This document shows positions 10,552-21,194 of a stretch of DNA of 64,000 nucleotides, in pieces. The notes beneath the pieces were generated by a model, which did no database searches, had not been told where the DNA came from, and saw nothing but the letters and a program-made list of their open reading frames with translations. Location: contig CAXXUO010000001.1 in assembly GCA_963666485.2 (NCBI GenBank), positions 1,248,001 through 1,312,000 on the forward strand, given 5' to 3'. This stretch comes from Syntrophorhabdaceae bacterium (lineage in GTDB: Bacteria > Desulfobacterota > Syntrophorhabdia > Syntrophorhabdales > Syntrophorhabdaceae). The position numbers and the translations under genes were made by a program. Position 1 is the first letter of the stretch. The number at the start of each line of letters is the position of its first letter.

Positions 10552-10709
10552 CGGCGAACGGCGTACGGCGTACGGCTAACGGCTAAAGGCGAACGGCTAA
10601 AGGCTAAAGGCAAACGGCTAAAGGCTAAAGGCAAAGGGCGAACGGTAAGGATGGAACAAGAAAGAGTCACGAGGGGTGTGTTTTGGTTTTTAATGTTCAC
10701 TGTCCACCG
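10552..10709. repeat. asymmetric inverted heptamer-array element (14 x [C/A]GGCnAA-type units plus short degenerate partner arm)
   Basis: 14 consecutive 7-mers at 10552-10649; partner arm tttaatg-ttcactg-tccaccg (10689-10709) overlaps the deaminase 3' end. Confidence 0.8.
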
Positions 10710-11167
10710 TGCGGTATTCGATCGAGTTTCGTTAATTTAATTTTGGATTCCCCTATCATGTCGAGGGACAGGTCGTCCGGGTAGCCTTCTTCGTAATATA
10801 TCTCGCCGATCCCGGCGTTGATGAGCATCTTGATGCATATGGAGCAGGGCAGGTGAGTACAGTATAATTCTGCCCCGTTTATGGAGACGCCGTGGTATGC
10901 GGCCTGGATGATGGCGTTCTGTTCCGCGTGGAGGCCGCGACACAGTTCATGGCGCTCACCCGAGGCGACGTTCATCTTTTCCCTGAGGCATGTCACTTCG
11001 GCGCAGTGCCTGAGGCCCGACGGTGCCCCGTTGTACCCGCTCGCGAGGATCCTCTTGTTCTTGACGATGACGGCCCCGACGTTGCGGCGCAGGCAGGTCG
11101 ACCTCATGGAAACGATGCGTGCTATCTCCATGAAATAGGGACCCCAGTCAGGGCGGACATTGCTCAT
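10697..11167 (-). CDS. dCMP deaminase family (ComEB-like)
   Basis: STCLRR, GYNG, HAEQNA, PCSIC. Confidence 0.93.
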   Translation of the reverse strand: MSNVRPDWGPYFMEIARIVSMRSTCLRRNVGAVIVKNKRILASGYNGAPSGLRHCAEVTCLREKMNVASGERHELCRGLHAEQNAIIQAAYHGVSINGAELYCTHLPCSICIKMLINAGIGEIYYEEGYPDDLSLDMIGESKIKLTKLDRIPHGGQ

Positions 11168-12411
11168 ATATCGTATATTCGTTTATAAAAAGGAAAGGCT
11201 GCGCAGAACTCCCGTACTTTTAGCCGCGTTTTTTCCATGAATGATGGGTTGTCGAGATGCCGCAAGACCTGGTCGATCATCTCGCAGATCATCTCCATTT
11301 CTTTTTCTTTCATACCGCGGGTCGTGACGGCCGGCGTCCCGATCCTTATGCCGCTCGCGATGTTCGGGCTGCGCGTATCAAAGGGTATAAGGTTCTTGTT
11401 GACCATGATGCCGCTCAACTCGAGTGCGACCTGGGCGTCGTTCCCTGTCACGTTCTTGGGGGTCAGGTCGACGAGGAACAGGTGGTTGTCCGTTCCGCCC
11501 GATACGATCCTGAATCCGAGCTCGGCCATGCATTTCGCCATGTGCTGGGCATTCCTGATGATCTGGCGCTGGTATTCCTTGAAATCATCGGTCATGGCCT
11601 GTTGAAGTGCAACGGCCTTTGCCGCGATGACATGCATAAGCGGCCCGCCCTGGATGCCCGGGAAGACTGCGGAATCTATCTTCTTGGCAAAGTCGGCGTC
11701 GCACATGACAAGCCCGCCGCGCGGGCCTCTCAACGTCTTGTGGGTTGTTGTCGTCGTAAAATGGGCGTGCCCGATCGGGCTCGGGTGGAGGCCCGCAGCA
11801 ATAAGGCCTGCAATGTGGGCAATATCGGCCATAAAATATGCGCCGACCTCGTCTGCGATCTCCCGGAATTTCTGGAAATCGATCACCTTGGAATAAGCGC
11901 TTGCACCCGCTATGATCAGTTTTGGTTTTTCCTTGTGGGCGATGCTCCGGATCTCGTCATAATCGAGCATTTCGTCCTTCGCGGATACCGGGTACGAAAC
12001 GGCACGGTACTGTTTACCGGAGAAACTTGGCCGCGCTCCGTGCGTCAGGTGCCCGCCGTGTGCGATGTCCATACCGAGGACGGTATCGCCGGGTTGAAGG
12101 ACGGCGTAAAAGACCGCCATGTTTGCGGATGATCCGGAATGGGGCTGCACATTGGCATGGTCGGCCCCGAAAAGTTTCTTTGCCCGCTCTATGGCAATAC
12201 TTTCGATCTCGTCGAGAAAGGCGCACCCGCTGTAATACCGCTTGGATGGATATCCTTCGGCATACTTGTTCGTGAGGACGCAGCCCTGTGTGGCGAGGAC
12301 ATCCTCATCGACATAGTTTTCCGAGGCTATCAGTATCAGGCTGTATTCCTCACGGTCCAGCTCACGCCTCATCAGCTCGAATATTTTCGTATCTTTCCCG
12401 TCGAGTTTCAT
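11164..12411 (-). CDS. glyA: serine hydroxymethyltransferase
   Basis: [28 protein letters not shown]. Confidence 0.98.
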   Translation of the reverse strand: MKLDGKDTKIFELMRRELDREEYSLILIASENYVDEDVLATQGCVLTNKYAEGYPSKRYYSGCAFLDEIESIAIERAKKLFGADHANVQPHSGSSANMAVFYAVLQPGDTVLGMDIAHGGHLTHGARPSFSGKQYRAVSYPVSAKDEMLDYDEIRSIAHKEKPKLIIAGASAYSKVIDFQKFREIADEVGAYFMADIAHIAGLIAAGLHPSPIGHAHFTTTTTHKTLRGPRGGLVMCDADFAKKIDSAVFPGIQGGPLMHVIAAKAVALQQAMTDDFKEYQRQIIRNAQHMAKCMAELGFRIVSGGTDNHLFLVDLTPKNVTGNDAQVALELSGIMVNKNLIPFDTRSPNIASGIRIGTPAVTTRGMKEKEMEMICEMIDQVLRHLDNPSFMEKTRLKVREFCAAFPFYKRIYDI

Positions 12412-12414
12412 ATC

Positions 12415-12864
12415 TTATCCATTATTATTTTTTTCAAAGGCATCAATCTTGGCTATCCTGCCGCTGTGCCTTCCGCCTTCGAATTCCGCGGAGAGCCAGG
12501 ACCTTACGATCTCTTCGGCGAGACCTTTTCCCGTTACCCGCTCGCCGAGGACGAGCACGTTCGCGTCGAGGTGCTTGCGGCTCTGGACGGCCGTATAGGT
12601 ATCGAACGCAAGGGCGGCACGGACGCCTTTTACCTTGTTCGCAACAACGCTCATCCCCATGCCGGTGCCGCAGACGAGTATCCCGCGGTCGGCCTGCCCC
12701 GCCGCGACAGCTTGAGCGACCTTGAAACCGTAATCAGGATAGTCGACGGACTCGGGGGAATGCGTCCCGTGATCCGTGACCTCATAATCTCCCCCGGCAA
12801 GGAGCTTTTTTATGTATTCTTTCAATTCCAGGCCCGCATGATCGGACCCGATGGCTATCTTCAC
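12415..12864 (-). CDS. rpiB: ribose-5-phosphate isomerase B
   Basis: GSDHAG, DYPD, CGTG, FEGGRH. Confidence 0.96.
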   Translation of the reverse strand: MKIAIGSDHAGLELKEYIKKLLAGGDYEVTDHGTHSPESVDYPDYGFKVAQAVAAGQADRGILVCGTGMGMSVVANKVKGVRAALAFDTYTAVQSRKHLDANVLVLGERVTGKGLAEEIVRSWLSAEFEGGRHSGRIAKIDAFEKNNNG

Positions 12865-14102
12865 CCGCTGAACCTCTTCATGGCCAGGACACAGTTTGTC
12901 CCGCCGAATCCAAAAGAATCGGAAAGAGCGACATCGATCACGTGGTTCCGGGCCTGGTTCGGGACATAGTCCAGGTCGCAGTCAGGATCGGGTGTCTCAT
13001 AGTTGATCGTCGGCGGGCAGACCTGGTCCCTGATCGCAAGCGTCGTGAAGATCGCCTCGATTGCACCGGCCGCGCCGAGCAGGTGGCCCGTCATGGACTT
13101 CGTGGAACTGACGGGAAGCTTGTACGCCCTGTCACCGAAGACTTTCTTGACCGCGAGGGTCTCCGTCTGATCGTTGAGGTCTGTGGACGTGCCGTGCGCG
13201 TTGATGTAGTTTACGGAGTCGGGGTTTAAGCCCGCATCTCTGAGCGCCATGTTGATGCAGCGGATAAAACCGTCGCCGTCAGGGCAGGGTGCTGTTATAT
13301 GATATGCATCCCCGTTGTACCCGTAGCCGACCAGTTCGGCGTATATCTTCGCCCCGCGCGCTTTCGCACGCTCGAGCTCCTCGAGAATGACTATACCGGC
13401 CCCCTCGGCGACAACGAACCCGTCCCGGTCCTTATCGAAGGGGCGCGAAGCCCTCTGGGGCTCGTCATTTCTCGTGGAAAGCGCCTTCATAGCGTTAAAC
13501 CCGCCGACTGTCAGCGGTGTGATATTGGCCTCGCATCCGCCGGCAACCATTATGTCTGCATCACCGTACTGTATGATGCGCATGGCGTCCCCTATGGAAT
13601 GCGCTCCTGTGGCACATGCCGTAACGATCGAAAGGTTGGGGCCTTTCATACCGTGGTTTATTGCGATATGGCCGGGCGCCTCATTGGCGATCAGCATCGG
13701 GATAAAGAACGGAGATATCCGCCCCGGTCCCCTTTCGAGGTACACGCTGTGGTATTTTTCGAGCGTCGGAAGGCCGCCAAGGCCGGTCCCGACGACAACA
13801 CCGGCGCGCTCCGCATCCTCTTTCGCCATGTCGAGGCCGGAGTCGTTCATCGCTATCTTCGTCGCGGCGAGTGCGTACTGGATGAAAAGATCCATCCTCT
13901 TGATCTCTTTGACCGAGATAAATTCATCGGCCTTGAAATCCTTTACCTCGCCGGCTATCTTCGTTTCATGTTGTGTCGTGTCAAATCTGGTCAGCGGTGC
14001 GATCCCCGATTCCCCGTTGAGGATCCGTTTCCAGACATTATCAATGCCTACGCCCAGGGGCGTTACAAGACCGACACCGGTAATGACAACCCTTCTTTTC
14101 AA
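12861..14102 (-). CDS. fabF: beta-ketoacyl-ACP synthase II
   Basis: [27 protein letters not shown]. Confidence 0.97.
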   Translation of the reverse strand: MKRRVVITGVGLVTPLGVGIDNVWKRILNGESGIAPLTRFDTTQHETKIAGEVKDFKADEFISVKEIKRMDLFIQYALAATKIAMNDSGLDMAKEDAERAGVVVGTGLGGLPTLEKYHSVYLERGPGRISPFFIPMLIANEAPGHIAINHGMKGPNLSIVTACATGAHSIGDAMRIIQYGDADIMVAGGCEANITPLTVGGFNAMKALSTRNDEPQRASRPFDKDRDGFVVAEGAGIVILEELERAKARGAKIYAELVGYGYNGDAYHITAPCPDGDGFIRCINMALRDAGLNPDSVNYINAHGTSTDLNDQTETLAVKKVFGDRAYKLPVSSTKSMTGHLLGAAGAIEAIFTTLAIRDQVCPPTINYETPDPDCDLDYVPNQARNHVIDVALSDSFGFGGTNCVLAMKRFSG

Positions 14103-14120
14103 ACCGGCACCTCTTTAAAG

Positions 14121-14363
14121 TTATTTGCCTGCCAGACGGTCTTCTATGTATTTTATCGCATCTCCGACCGTTTCCATCTTCTCGGCGTCTTCGTCCGGGA
14201 TCTCAATGCTGTACTCGTCTTCGAGTGCCATGATAAGCTCAACGATATCGAGAGAATCTGCGCCGAGGTCATCGATGAACTTTGCTTCCGGAACGACTTC
14301 TGATTCGCTTACCCCGAGCTGATCCACAATCATCTTTTTTACTTTTTCGGTTACTGACGACAT
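14121..14363 (-). CDS. acpP: acyl carrier protein
   Basis: DLGADSLD motif; ATG 14363 preceded by AGGAGG. Confidence 0.97.
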   Translation of the reverse strand: MSSVTEKVKKMIVDQLGVSESEVVPEAKFIDDLGADSLDIVELIMALEDEYSIEIPDEDAEKMETVGDAIKYIEDRLAGK

Positions 14364-14447
14364 TAAGCCACCTCCTGTTTTATTGAAACTTCCTGAACTT
14401 CCCCCCGGCACTTCTTTTTCTGGTTTTCGCCGGGATGTAATAAATGA

Positions 14448-15173
14448 CTACATATACATTCCGCCATTTACGTTTATTACTTCGCCCGTAATATAGCTGC
14501 TCAAGTCCGAAAGCAGGAAATACACCACCTTCGCGACATCCTCAGGCTCACCAAGGCGCTTTAAGGGGATCACCTCGTGTATGGTCTGCTTCATCTTCTC
14601 GTCCAGGATATCCGTCATTTTTGTACGGATGAACCCGGGCGCGACAACGTTGACCCTGATCGACCGCTCTGCATATTCGCGTGCGACGCTTTTCGTAAAC
14701 CCGATGATCCCTGCCTTGCTCGCGGCGTAGTTTGCCTGCCCGGGATTACCCATAACGCCCGCGACCGAAGAGATATTGACTATCGCCCCGCCGGTCCTCA
14801 GCATGTGTTTGACGACCGCCCGGGTACAGTTGAAGACGCTCTTGAGATTGACGCTCATTATCCGGTCCCAGTCCTCTTCCTTCATCCGGACGAGGAGCTT
14901 ATCTATCGTGATGCCCGCGTTGTTCACGAGATTGTCGATCTTTCCCATGTCCTTCGCGGTCTGGTCAATCGCTGCTGCCACCGCCTGGAAATCGGATACG
15001 TCCACATGATAAAAAGAACACCGCCTCCCCTTGCCCTGAATCGCGGCAACAGTTTCGGATCCGTCAATTATATCAAAGATAACTATATCGCTTCCTTTGT
15101 CGGCGAGCATCTCGGCGATCGACCTGCCGATCCCCTGGGCTGCGCCGGTCACGATGGTAACTTTTCCGTTCAT
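14448..15173 (-). CDS. fabG: 3-oxoacyl-ACP reductase
   Basis: TGAAQGIG, NNAGIT, YAASK, NGGMYM. Confidence 0.96.
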   Translation of the reverse strand: MNGKVTIVTGAAQGIGRSIAEMLADKGSDIVIFDIIDGSETVAAIQGKGRRCSFYHVDVSDFQAVAAAIDQTAKDMGKIDNLVNNAGITIDKLLVRMKEEDWDRIMSVNLKSVFNCTRAVVKHMLRTGGAIVNISSVAGVMGNPGQANYAASKAGIIGFTKSVAREYAERSIRVNVVAPGFIRTKMTDILDEKMKQTIHEVIPLKRLGEPEDVAKVVYFLLSDLSSYITGEVINVNGGMYM

Positions 15174-16108
15174 GCAAGGATCCCCTTCGCGGATTCAATA
15201 TCGTCGAATTTTTCCACGCTTATGCATGCGATACCCGGGACGATCCTCTTGACGAGATTGGAAAGCACCTTCTGGGGGCCGACCTCAAGGATGGCCTCGA
15301 TGCCCTCGTCGGCCATTTTCTTGACCGAACGCTCCCACTGAACAGGGGAGAACATCTGGCGGTACAGCTTGTCGTCGACATCCGCCTTCTCTTTGCCCGG
15401 CGTCGCATCGACATTGAACACGACCGGAACGGCAAGATCGCCATGGCTTAAGCCGGCGAGCTCGGTTTTCAGCCGGTCCGCCGCCGCCTTCATGAGAGGC
15501 GAATGGAACGGGCCGGAAACGTTGAGGAAGACGGCCTTCTTGTAACCGGTTCCTTTGAGTTTTTCGACCGCCTCTTTCAAGGCTTCGGCGTCTCCCGAGA
15601 GAACGACCTGTTCCGCTGAATTGAGGTTTGCCGGGACCGCGACGTAATCATCGTGAGATATCTCCGCAAGGACAGGCTCTATCTTCGCCATGTCGGCGCC
15701 GATCAGGGCCACCATCCCGCCTTTTCCCTTCGGGCAGGCCTCTTCCATGAGCAGGCCCCTCTTTCTCGTGATCGCGATAGCCTCTTCAAATGTGAAGAAC
15801 CCGCTTGCCGTAAGCGCGGTATATTCGCCGAGGCTGTGGCCGGCAACGAGAGCGGGTACAAGCCCGGTCTCTTTCTTTAAAACCTGGTAGACGGCATAAC
15901 TTACGAGAAGAAGGGACGGCTGGGTATTGTACGTCTGCCTGAGCTCGTCATCGGGCCCGTTAAAGCACAGGTTTGTGATAGAAGAGCCCAGGACCCGGTC
16001 GGCCGCCGCGAACAGGTCGCGGACGTAGTCGAACCTGTCGTAGAGGTCCTTTCCCATGCCGATATACTGGGACCCCTGTCCCGGAAATACTATTCCTGTT
16101 TTTTTCAT
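15170..16108 (-). CDS. fabD: malonyl-CoA:ACP transacylase
   Basis: FPGQGSQ, GHSLGE, SGPFHS. Confidence 0.97.
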   Translation of the reverse strand: MKKTGIVFPGQGSQYIGMGKDLYDRFDYVRDLFAAADRVLGSSITNLCFNGPDDELRQTYNTQPSLLLVSYAVYQVLKKETGLVPALVAGHSLGEYTALTASGFFTFEEAIAITRKRGLLMEEACPKGKGGMVALIGADMAKIEPVLAEISHDDYVAVPANLNSAEQVVLSGDAEALKEAVEKLKGTGYKKAVFLNVSGPFHSPLMKAAADRLKTELAGLSHGDLAVPVVFNVDATPGKEKADVDDKLYRQMFSPVQWERSVKKMADEGIEAILEVGPQKVLSNLVKRIVPGIACISVEKFDDIESAKGILA

Positions 16109-16164
16109 GCATCCTCACTCGCCGGTTTCAATAAACATTTTCCTCGCGAGATCAGCATCTCACG

Positions 16165-17328
16165 TTATGATCTTTTCTTCTGGGCCGATTGCTTGATAAG
16201 CTCGAGCCCGATAATGTTCCTCTGGATCTGGTTCGTCCCCTCGTATATCTGGAGGATCTTCGCGTCGCGCATCATCTTCTCGACGGGGTACTCTTTCATG
16301 TACCCGTAGCCGCCGAAGACCTGTATCGCGTCGACGACGACCTTCATGGCCACGTCACTGGGAAAGACCTTGCTCATGGCAGATACCTTCGAGAAATCCT
16401 TGGGATTGCTGTCGATATACCTCGCCACTGCATATACGAATGCCCGTGCCGCCTCGACCTGGATCGCCATGTCGGCCAGCATATGCTGTATTGCCTGAAA
16501 AGAAATTATTTTCTTTTCGAACTGCTCTCTTTCACGCGCATACTGTACGGCTGCCTCGAGTGCGGCGTGGGCCACCCCGACCGCCTGCGCACCGATACCC
16601 GGGCGCGTCCTGTCGAACGTCCTCATGGTCAGGATAAAGCCCAGACCTTCTCTACCTATAACATTTTCCTTCGGAACTTTGCAATCCTGAAATACCAGCT
16701 CACGAGTGGCTGATGCCCTGATCCCGAGCTTGTTCTCCTTCTTGCCGAAAGTGAAGCCATCCATGCCTTTTTCAAGGATAAATGCGGTCGCGCCGCGGCC
16801 GCCTTTGCTGCGGTCCGTCATCGCGATCACGGTGTAGATCTCGGCCTCGCCGCCGTTCGTTATCCATTGTTTTGTACCGTTGAGAATATAATAGTCCCCG
16901 TCCTTTTTCGCCTCGGTCCGGATGCCCTGCGCGTCGGAGCCGGCATTTGCCTCGGTGATGCCGAACGCGGCCAGCTTTTCACCGCTCGCTATCAGGGGCA
17001 GGTATTTCTTTTTCAGTTCCTCGGACGCACCAAGGAGAATAGGGTACGCGCCGAGAAGGCTGGCGGCATAGCTCACGGATACGCCGAGGCACGCCTTGCT
17101 GAGCTCCTCGACAACGATGCAGTTCTCAAACGTCCCGCCTCCCGTTCCCCCGTACTCCTCGGGAATGCTGACGCCGAAAAGCCCGGCCTGGGCGCAGTGC
17201 TTCATTATCTCCCAGGGGAACTGCTGGCTCTCGTCGAGCTCGGCCCTGATGGGCAAGATCTTTTCCTCGGCTATCTTGCGCGACAGTTTCTGGATGTTTT
17301 TTTGATCTTCAGATAAAAAATAATCCAT
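16165..17328 (-). CDS. acyl-CoA dehydrogenase (butyryl-CoA dehydrogenase-like)
   Basis: TEANAGSD, NGTKQWITN, KLGIRAS, GGYGY, IYEGTNQIQ. Confidence 0.95.
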   Translation of the reverse strand: MDYFLSEDQKNIQKLSRKIAEEKILPIRAELDESQQFPWEIMKHCAQAGLFGVSIPEEYGGTGGGTFENCIVVEELSKACLGVSVSYAASLLGAYPILLGASEELKKKYLPLIASGEKLAAFGITEANAGSDAQGIRTEAKKDGDYYILNGTKQWITNGGEAEIYTVIAMTDRSKGGRGATAFILEKGMDGFTFGKKENKLGIRASATRELVFQDCKVPKENVIGREGLGFILTMRTFDRTRPGIGAQAVGVAHAALEAAVQYAREREQFEKKIISFQAIQHMLADMAIQVEAARAFVYAVARYIDSNPKDFSKVSAMSKVFPSDVAMKVVVDAIQVFGGYGYMKEYPVEKMMRDAKILQIYEGTNQIQRNIIGLELIKQSAQKKRS

Positions 17329-17331
17329 ATA

Positions 17332-18342
17332 TTATCTCTCCTTGACTTTCTGCATCATCTGGTGGTCCTGCATCGTCTCGTTTATCGATTCCCTGAGGCC
17401 TTTCTCCACGAATTTCTTCGCGAGGAGGATCGCGTTGCGCATGGCCTTTGCATTTGATTTCCCATGGCAAATGATCGAAACCCCGTCAACGCCGAGAAGC
17501 GGTGCCCCGCCGGTCTCAGAGTAATCCGCCTTCTTCTGGAATTCCTTGAAAATGTCTTTCAGGAGGACATACCCGATCTTTGCCTTCAGGCTTTTTTCGA
17601 TACCGTTCCTGAAGAACTCAAAGATCAGGTCCGCCACACCTTCGCTAATCTTCAGTGCGATGTTCCCGACAAAACCATCGCTCACCACGATGTCGGTCCT
17701 GCCGTTGTACATGTCAGTCCCTTCGACATAGCCGAGATAATTGAGACCGAACTCTTTTATCAGGGCATGCGCGTCGCGCGTCAGCTCGTTGCCTTTTGTT
17801 TCCTCTTCGCCGTTGGATAATATCCCGATCCGGGGAGAATCTATCCCCAGGACGGAAGAGGCAAATGCGTTCCCCATCAGGGCGAACTGGGCGAGATGGG
17901 TGGGTTTGCAGTCGACGGTGCCCCCGGCGTCGAGAAGTATGGAAACCCCGTCCCCGATGCGGGGATGGATCGTGGCAATGGCCGGCCTGTCAACCCCCGG
18001 GGTCCGGCCCAGCGTAAAAATGGCGAACGCCATGGCCGCACCGGAATTTCCCGCTGATACCACTGCGTCGACCTCACCCGCCTTGTGCAGCTCGAAGGCG
18101 CGGTTCATCGATGAATCGCGTTTCTTCCGCAGTGCATTGGACGGGGATTCGTTCATTTCCACGCAGACGGGTGTGTGGACCATATCGAGGTTGACCGTGT
18201 CCGTCAGGTGGGGCTTCATTTTTTCGACATCGCCGACAAGAACTATCGATGCGAGGCCATCGCGGGAAACTGATTGTGCACCTTTAACGATCTCAAGGGG
18301 GGCAAAATCGCCGCCCATTCCGTCAACGGCAATCCGTATCAT
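17332..18342 (-). CDS. plsX: phosphate acyltransferase
   Basis: AVDGMGGDFAP, SAGNSGA, DGFVGN, GGAPLLG. Confidence 0.97.
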   Translation of the reverse strand: MIRIAVDGMGGDFAPLEIVKGAQSVSRDGLASIVLVGDVEKMKPHLTDTVNLDMVHTPVCVEMNESPSNALRKKRDSSMNRAFELHKAGEVDAVVSAGNSGAAMAFAIFTLGRTPGVDRPAIATIHPRIGDGVSILLDAGGTVDCKPTHLAQFALMGNAFASSVLGIDSPRIGILSNGEEETKGNELTRDAHALIKEFGLNYLGYVEGTDMYNGRTDIVVSDGFVGNIALKISEGVADLIFEFFRNGIEKSLKAKIGYVLLKDIFKEFQKKADYSETGGAPLLGVDGVSIICHGKSNAKAMRNAILLAKKFVEKGLRESINETMQDHQMMQKVKER

Positions 18343-18348
18343 CCCTTA

Positions 18349-18531
18349 TCAGGCTTCCTCGGTCGCTATATACTGTTTTCCTTTGTACATTCCGCATTTC
18401 GGGCAGACCGCGTGCGGAAGCTTCGGCTCTTTGCAATTCGGGCAGGCAACGACTGCAACGGGGGACGCCGTATAATGCGTACGTCTCTTGTCCCGTCGTG
18501 CCTTCGCAGTTTTTCTTTTTGGTACGGCCAT
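18349..18531 (-). CDS. rpmF: 50S ribosomal protein L32
   Basis: MAVPKRK, CPNC..H..C..CG.Y. Confidence 0.97.
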   Translation of the reverse strand: MAVPKRKTAKARRDKRRTHYTASPVAVVACPNCKEPKLPHAVCPKCGMYKGKQYIATEEA

Positions 18532-18544
18532 CTCTGACTCCTTA

Positions 18545-19060
18545 TTAATTTAAGAAAGATTTCAACTTTTCCCCGAGAAGGCTCAAGGGCGCCTCGGGAC
18601 AATCGCATTTTTCACTATTCCTGTTCTTTCCACACTGGGGGCATATGCCTTTACATGCCTCGCTGCACAGCGGCCGCACGGGCATGTCGAGCATCACCTC
18701 TTCATAGATGAACGGGTCGATGTCTATCTCATCCCCTTCATAATAATAGATATCGAGGTCTTCGCCATGGAGCTCGAGCTCGGGCGAATCAGGAAGCGCG
18801 GTGCCGGGCACGAGCTTGATGGACATCGTGAGATCGAGCTCGACGTCGAATTCCTCGAGACACCGCCCGCATTCCAGTGAAGCGGCGACATGCACGGGAC
18901 CGTCTATCGCCACGGTATCGTCGAACTTCGACACCGTGAGCTCATAGCTCACCGGCTGCAGCAGTTTGAGGTCCGTGTCGCCCAGCTGCTTGAATCGCGT
19001 AATATCCATCTCCCCCTTCAGGACCTGTGTGTCTTCAATTTCCGAAAGTCGTAGTAACAA
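18545..19060 (-). CDS. yceD: YceD/DUF177 family protein
   Basis: CGRCL and LCSEACKGICPQCG motifs; upstream of rpmF. Confidence 0.92.
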   Translation of the reverse strand: MLLRLSEIEDTQVLKGEMDITRFKQLGDTDLKLLQPVSYELTVSKFDDTVAIDGPVHVAASLECGRCLEEFDVELDLTMSIKLVPGTALPDSPELELHGEDLDIYYYEGDEIDIDPFIYEEVMLDMPVRPLCSEACKGICPQCGKNRNSEKCDCPEAPLSLLGEKLKSFLN

Positions 19061-19085
19061 AGCTGCCTTCTTTTTAAAGATAGAT

Positions 19086-19115
19086 AATATAAAGAGTTTA
19101 CCGTTTTATTGTCAA
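19086..19115 (-). promoter_or_regulatory. putative sigma70 promoter of the yceD...nusB operon
   Basis: Minus-strand TTGACA-N18-TATATT just upstream of yceD. Confidence 0.55.
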
Positions 19116-19149
19116 GTAAATTAACCTGTTGTAAATGTTGCTCTTTTTA

Positions 19150-19311
19150 GCGTAAGGAGTGAGGAGTAAGGAGTAAGGAGTAAAAACCTTGCCCGGGTCT
19201 TCAAATTTTTCTTCCCCACATATCCGCGAGCCGGTTTGGCCAGACCGAGTGTCTGAATTTTCATTGTGCGTCGCTTTTAACTCCTTACTCCTTACTCCTT
19301 ACTCCGTACTA
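19150..19311. repeat. inverted heptamer-array element (GAGTAAG)
   Basis: Left gcgtaag-gagtgag-gagtaag-gagtaag-gagtaaaaa; right ttttaactc-(cttactc)x3-cgtacta, containing the DUF167 stop codon. Confidence 0.85.
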
Positions 19312-19561
19312 TATCTTTTAGAAAGGCATCAAATTCCTTCTCGTCTATAGGTATTTCCACCACCTTCCGCCTGTCTTTTTCACCCCGAACGATCTTTATC
19401 GCTGATTTTCTGACCTTCAGGAGCTCGGACAGGTACCGTACCAGTTCGTCATTGGCCCTGCCTTCGAGGGGCTGTGATGTAAGGCGCACGGTAATACCGG
19501 GACCGTCCCGGGTGATCGCGCGTTTTCGGGCGTTGGGTATCACTTTGATCTCGACCTTCAT
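19292..19561 (-). CDS. DUF167 (YggU) family protein
   Basis: VIPNA, PLEGRAN, GEKDRRK; adjacent to YggT. Confidence 0.88.
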   Translation of the reverse strand: MKVEIKVIPNARKRAITRDGPGITVRLTSQPLEGRANDELVRYLSELLKVRKSAIKIVRGEKDRRKVVEIPIDEKEFDAFLKDIVRSKE

Positions 19562-19568
19562 GGCCTTA

Positions 19569-19865
19569 TCAGATCCGCAAGGCGAGCTGGAGTAAAAGCC
19601 GTGTGATCAATTCCTGGATGAATATAACGGCGATCATGAGGAGGAAGGGTGCGAAATCGACCATGCCGAGCCGGGTGGGCAGCATGCGCCGGATGCGGTT
19701 CGTGACAGGGTCGACAAGCCGGTAAACCAGCCTGATCACCGGATTATACGGATTGGGCCGTATCCACGAGAAAAGGGCCCGTGCGAATATGACCCAGAAG
19801 TATACCGTGAAGGCCACGTTCAGTATCTTGGCAAGATAGACGAGAAATATTCCCGCTCCGGACAT
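19569..19865 (-). CDS. YggT family membrane protein
   Basis: SWIRPNPYNP, LVDP, MVDFAP. Confidence 0.92.
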   Translation of the reverse strand: MSGAGIFLVYLAKILNVAFTVYFWVIFARALFSWIRPNPYNPVIRLVYRLVDPVTNRIRRMLPTRLGMVDFAPFLLMIAVIFIQELITRLLLQLALRI

Positions 19866-19910
19866 TGCAAACCTCGTAATAGAAGAACGATCGTGATTAT
19901 AAAACGTACA

Positions 19911-21194
19911 TCAAAAGACCCGAAAAGACAACCGGCCGATAACGACCCCTTTTTCGACCCGTTCAATGTGGACCGGAGTGGGCCTGTTCTCCATCGCCCT
20001 GTCATACGGGATGTGAACGGGGATATAGTTTTCGGTATAGCCCCGCATGTACCGGCCGTGATAACGCTTACCCTCGGGTATGATCACCGCTTCGCTCCCG
20101 ACAAACCGCCGGTGAAACCCTTCCCGTTTCGCGGCGTCGATCAGTTTGAGCTCTTTTACCCTGGCCTTTTTTTCCTCCTCCCTGACCACTCCCTCCATTG
20201 ATGCGGCACGGGTGCCCGGCCGGGGAGAAAAGGGGAATACGTGGAGATAATAGATGCCGGCGGAATCGAGAAAATCTTTCGTTTCCTCGAAACACCGGGC
20301 ATCTTCTCCCGGAAAACCGGCTATAACATCAAGCCCGATGCCCGCGTCCGGTATCCTGCCAAGGAGCTTATCGAGGAGGGCGCGGATGTCGCGTGAGCGA
20401 TAGGGCCTCCCCATCGCTTCAAGGATCCTGTCGCTTCCGCTCTGAAGCGGGACATGGAAGCTCTTCGCCATTTTGGGGGATCCTGCGGCGGCCTCGATGA
20501 AATCATCCGTGAACATGAGCGGATCAACGGAACTCAGCCGTATGCGCCGGGGGGAAGGAAGATCGTCGAGCGCCCGGACCAGGTCCGTGAACCCGTACCC
20601 GTGTGCGCTGTCGTGCCAGGCGGAGATCTCGATGCCGGTGAGCACTACTTCCTCTATCCCGATCGCGCTCAGCCTTTCCATGACCTTTCGTATCTCGTCA
20701 AAGGGCCGCGAGCGGGGCATGCCGCGCGCGAAAGGTACGATGCAGTAGCTGCAGTACCTGTCGCACCCGTCCTGGATCTTGAGAAAAAAACGCGTCTTGC
20801 CCTGGGGTGCCGGGTCCCGGGGCATGTCTTCCATGTGAAGGTCGTCCCGTGGAGAGACGAACAGCCCGCTTAAGTTCATATACTCGGCGATCGAGAATTT
20901 TTCGGCCTGCCCGAGGATGAGGTCGGCACCGAAATTGTCATCGGGATAAACCTGCGCGTGGCAGCCTGTCAGTATGATCCGGGCCGTCGGGTTCTCCCTT
21001 TTCAGCCGGTTGATGAAACGGCGTATATCGCGGACGGCGCCCCGGGTCACCGTGCATCCGTTCACGATGATATGCGAAGCCTCGTTGTGCGGCGCCGGCT
21101 TGAAGCCCTCCTCCTCGAGATTGGCCCCCATGACGGAGGCGTCCCACTGGTTGGCCTTGCAGCCCGTGGTGTAAATAAAAAAACCGGGTGTCAT
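19911..21194 (-). CDS. mtaB: tRNA t6A37 methylthiotransferase (radical SAM)
   Basis: GCKANQ, NGCTVT, KIQDGCDRYCSYC, HVFPFSPRPGT, TRAM-like C terminus; ATGA overlap with nifS. Confidence 0.9.
   Translation of the reverse strand: MTPGFFIYTTGCKANQWDASVMGANLEEEGFKPAPHNEASHIIVNGCTVTRGAVRDIRRFINRLKRENPTARIILTGCHAQVYPDDNFGADLILGQAEKFSIAEYMNLSGLFVSPRDDLHMEDMPRDPAPQGKTRFFLKIQDGCDRYCSYCIVPFARGMPRSRPFDEIRKVMERLSAIGIEEVVLTGIEISAWHDSAHGYGFTDLVRALDDLPSPRRIRLSSVDPLMFTDDFIEAAAGSPKMAKSFHVPLQSGSDRILEAMGRPYRSRDIRALLDKLLGRIPDAGIGLDVIAGFPGEDARCFEETKDFLDSAGIYYLHVFPFSPRPGTRAASMEGVVREEEKKARVKELKLIDAAKREGFHRRFVGSEAVIIPEGKRYHGRYMRGYTENYIPVHIPYDRAMENRPTPVHIERVEKGVVIGRLSFRVF

Noticed and set aside
10519..10740. 73-aa ORF with RLKAKG repeats
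   Set aside because: Translation of the heptamer array, antisense to the operon
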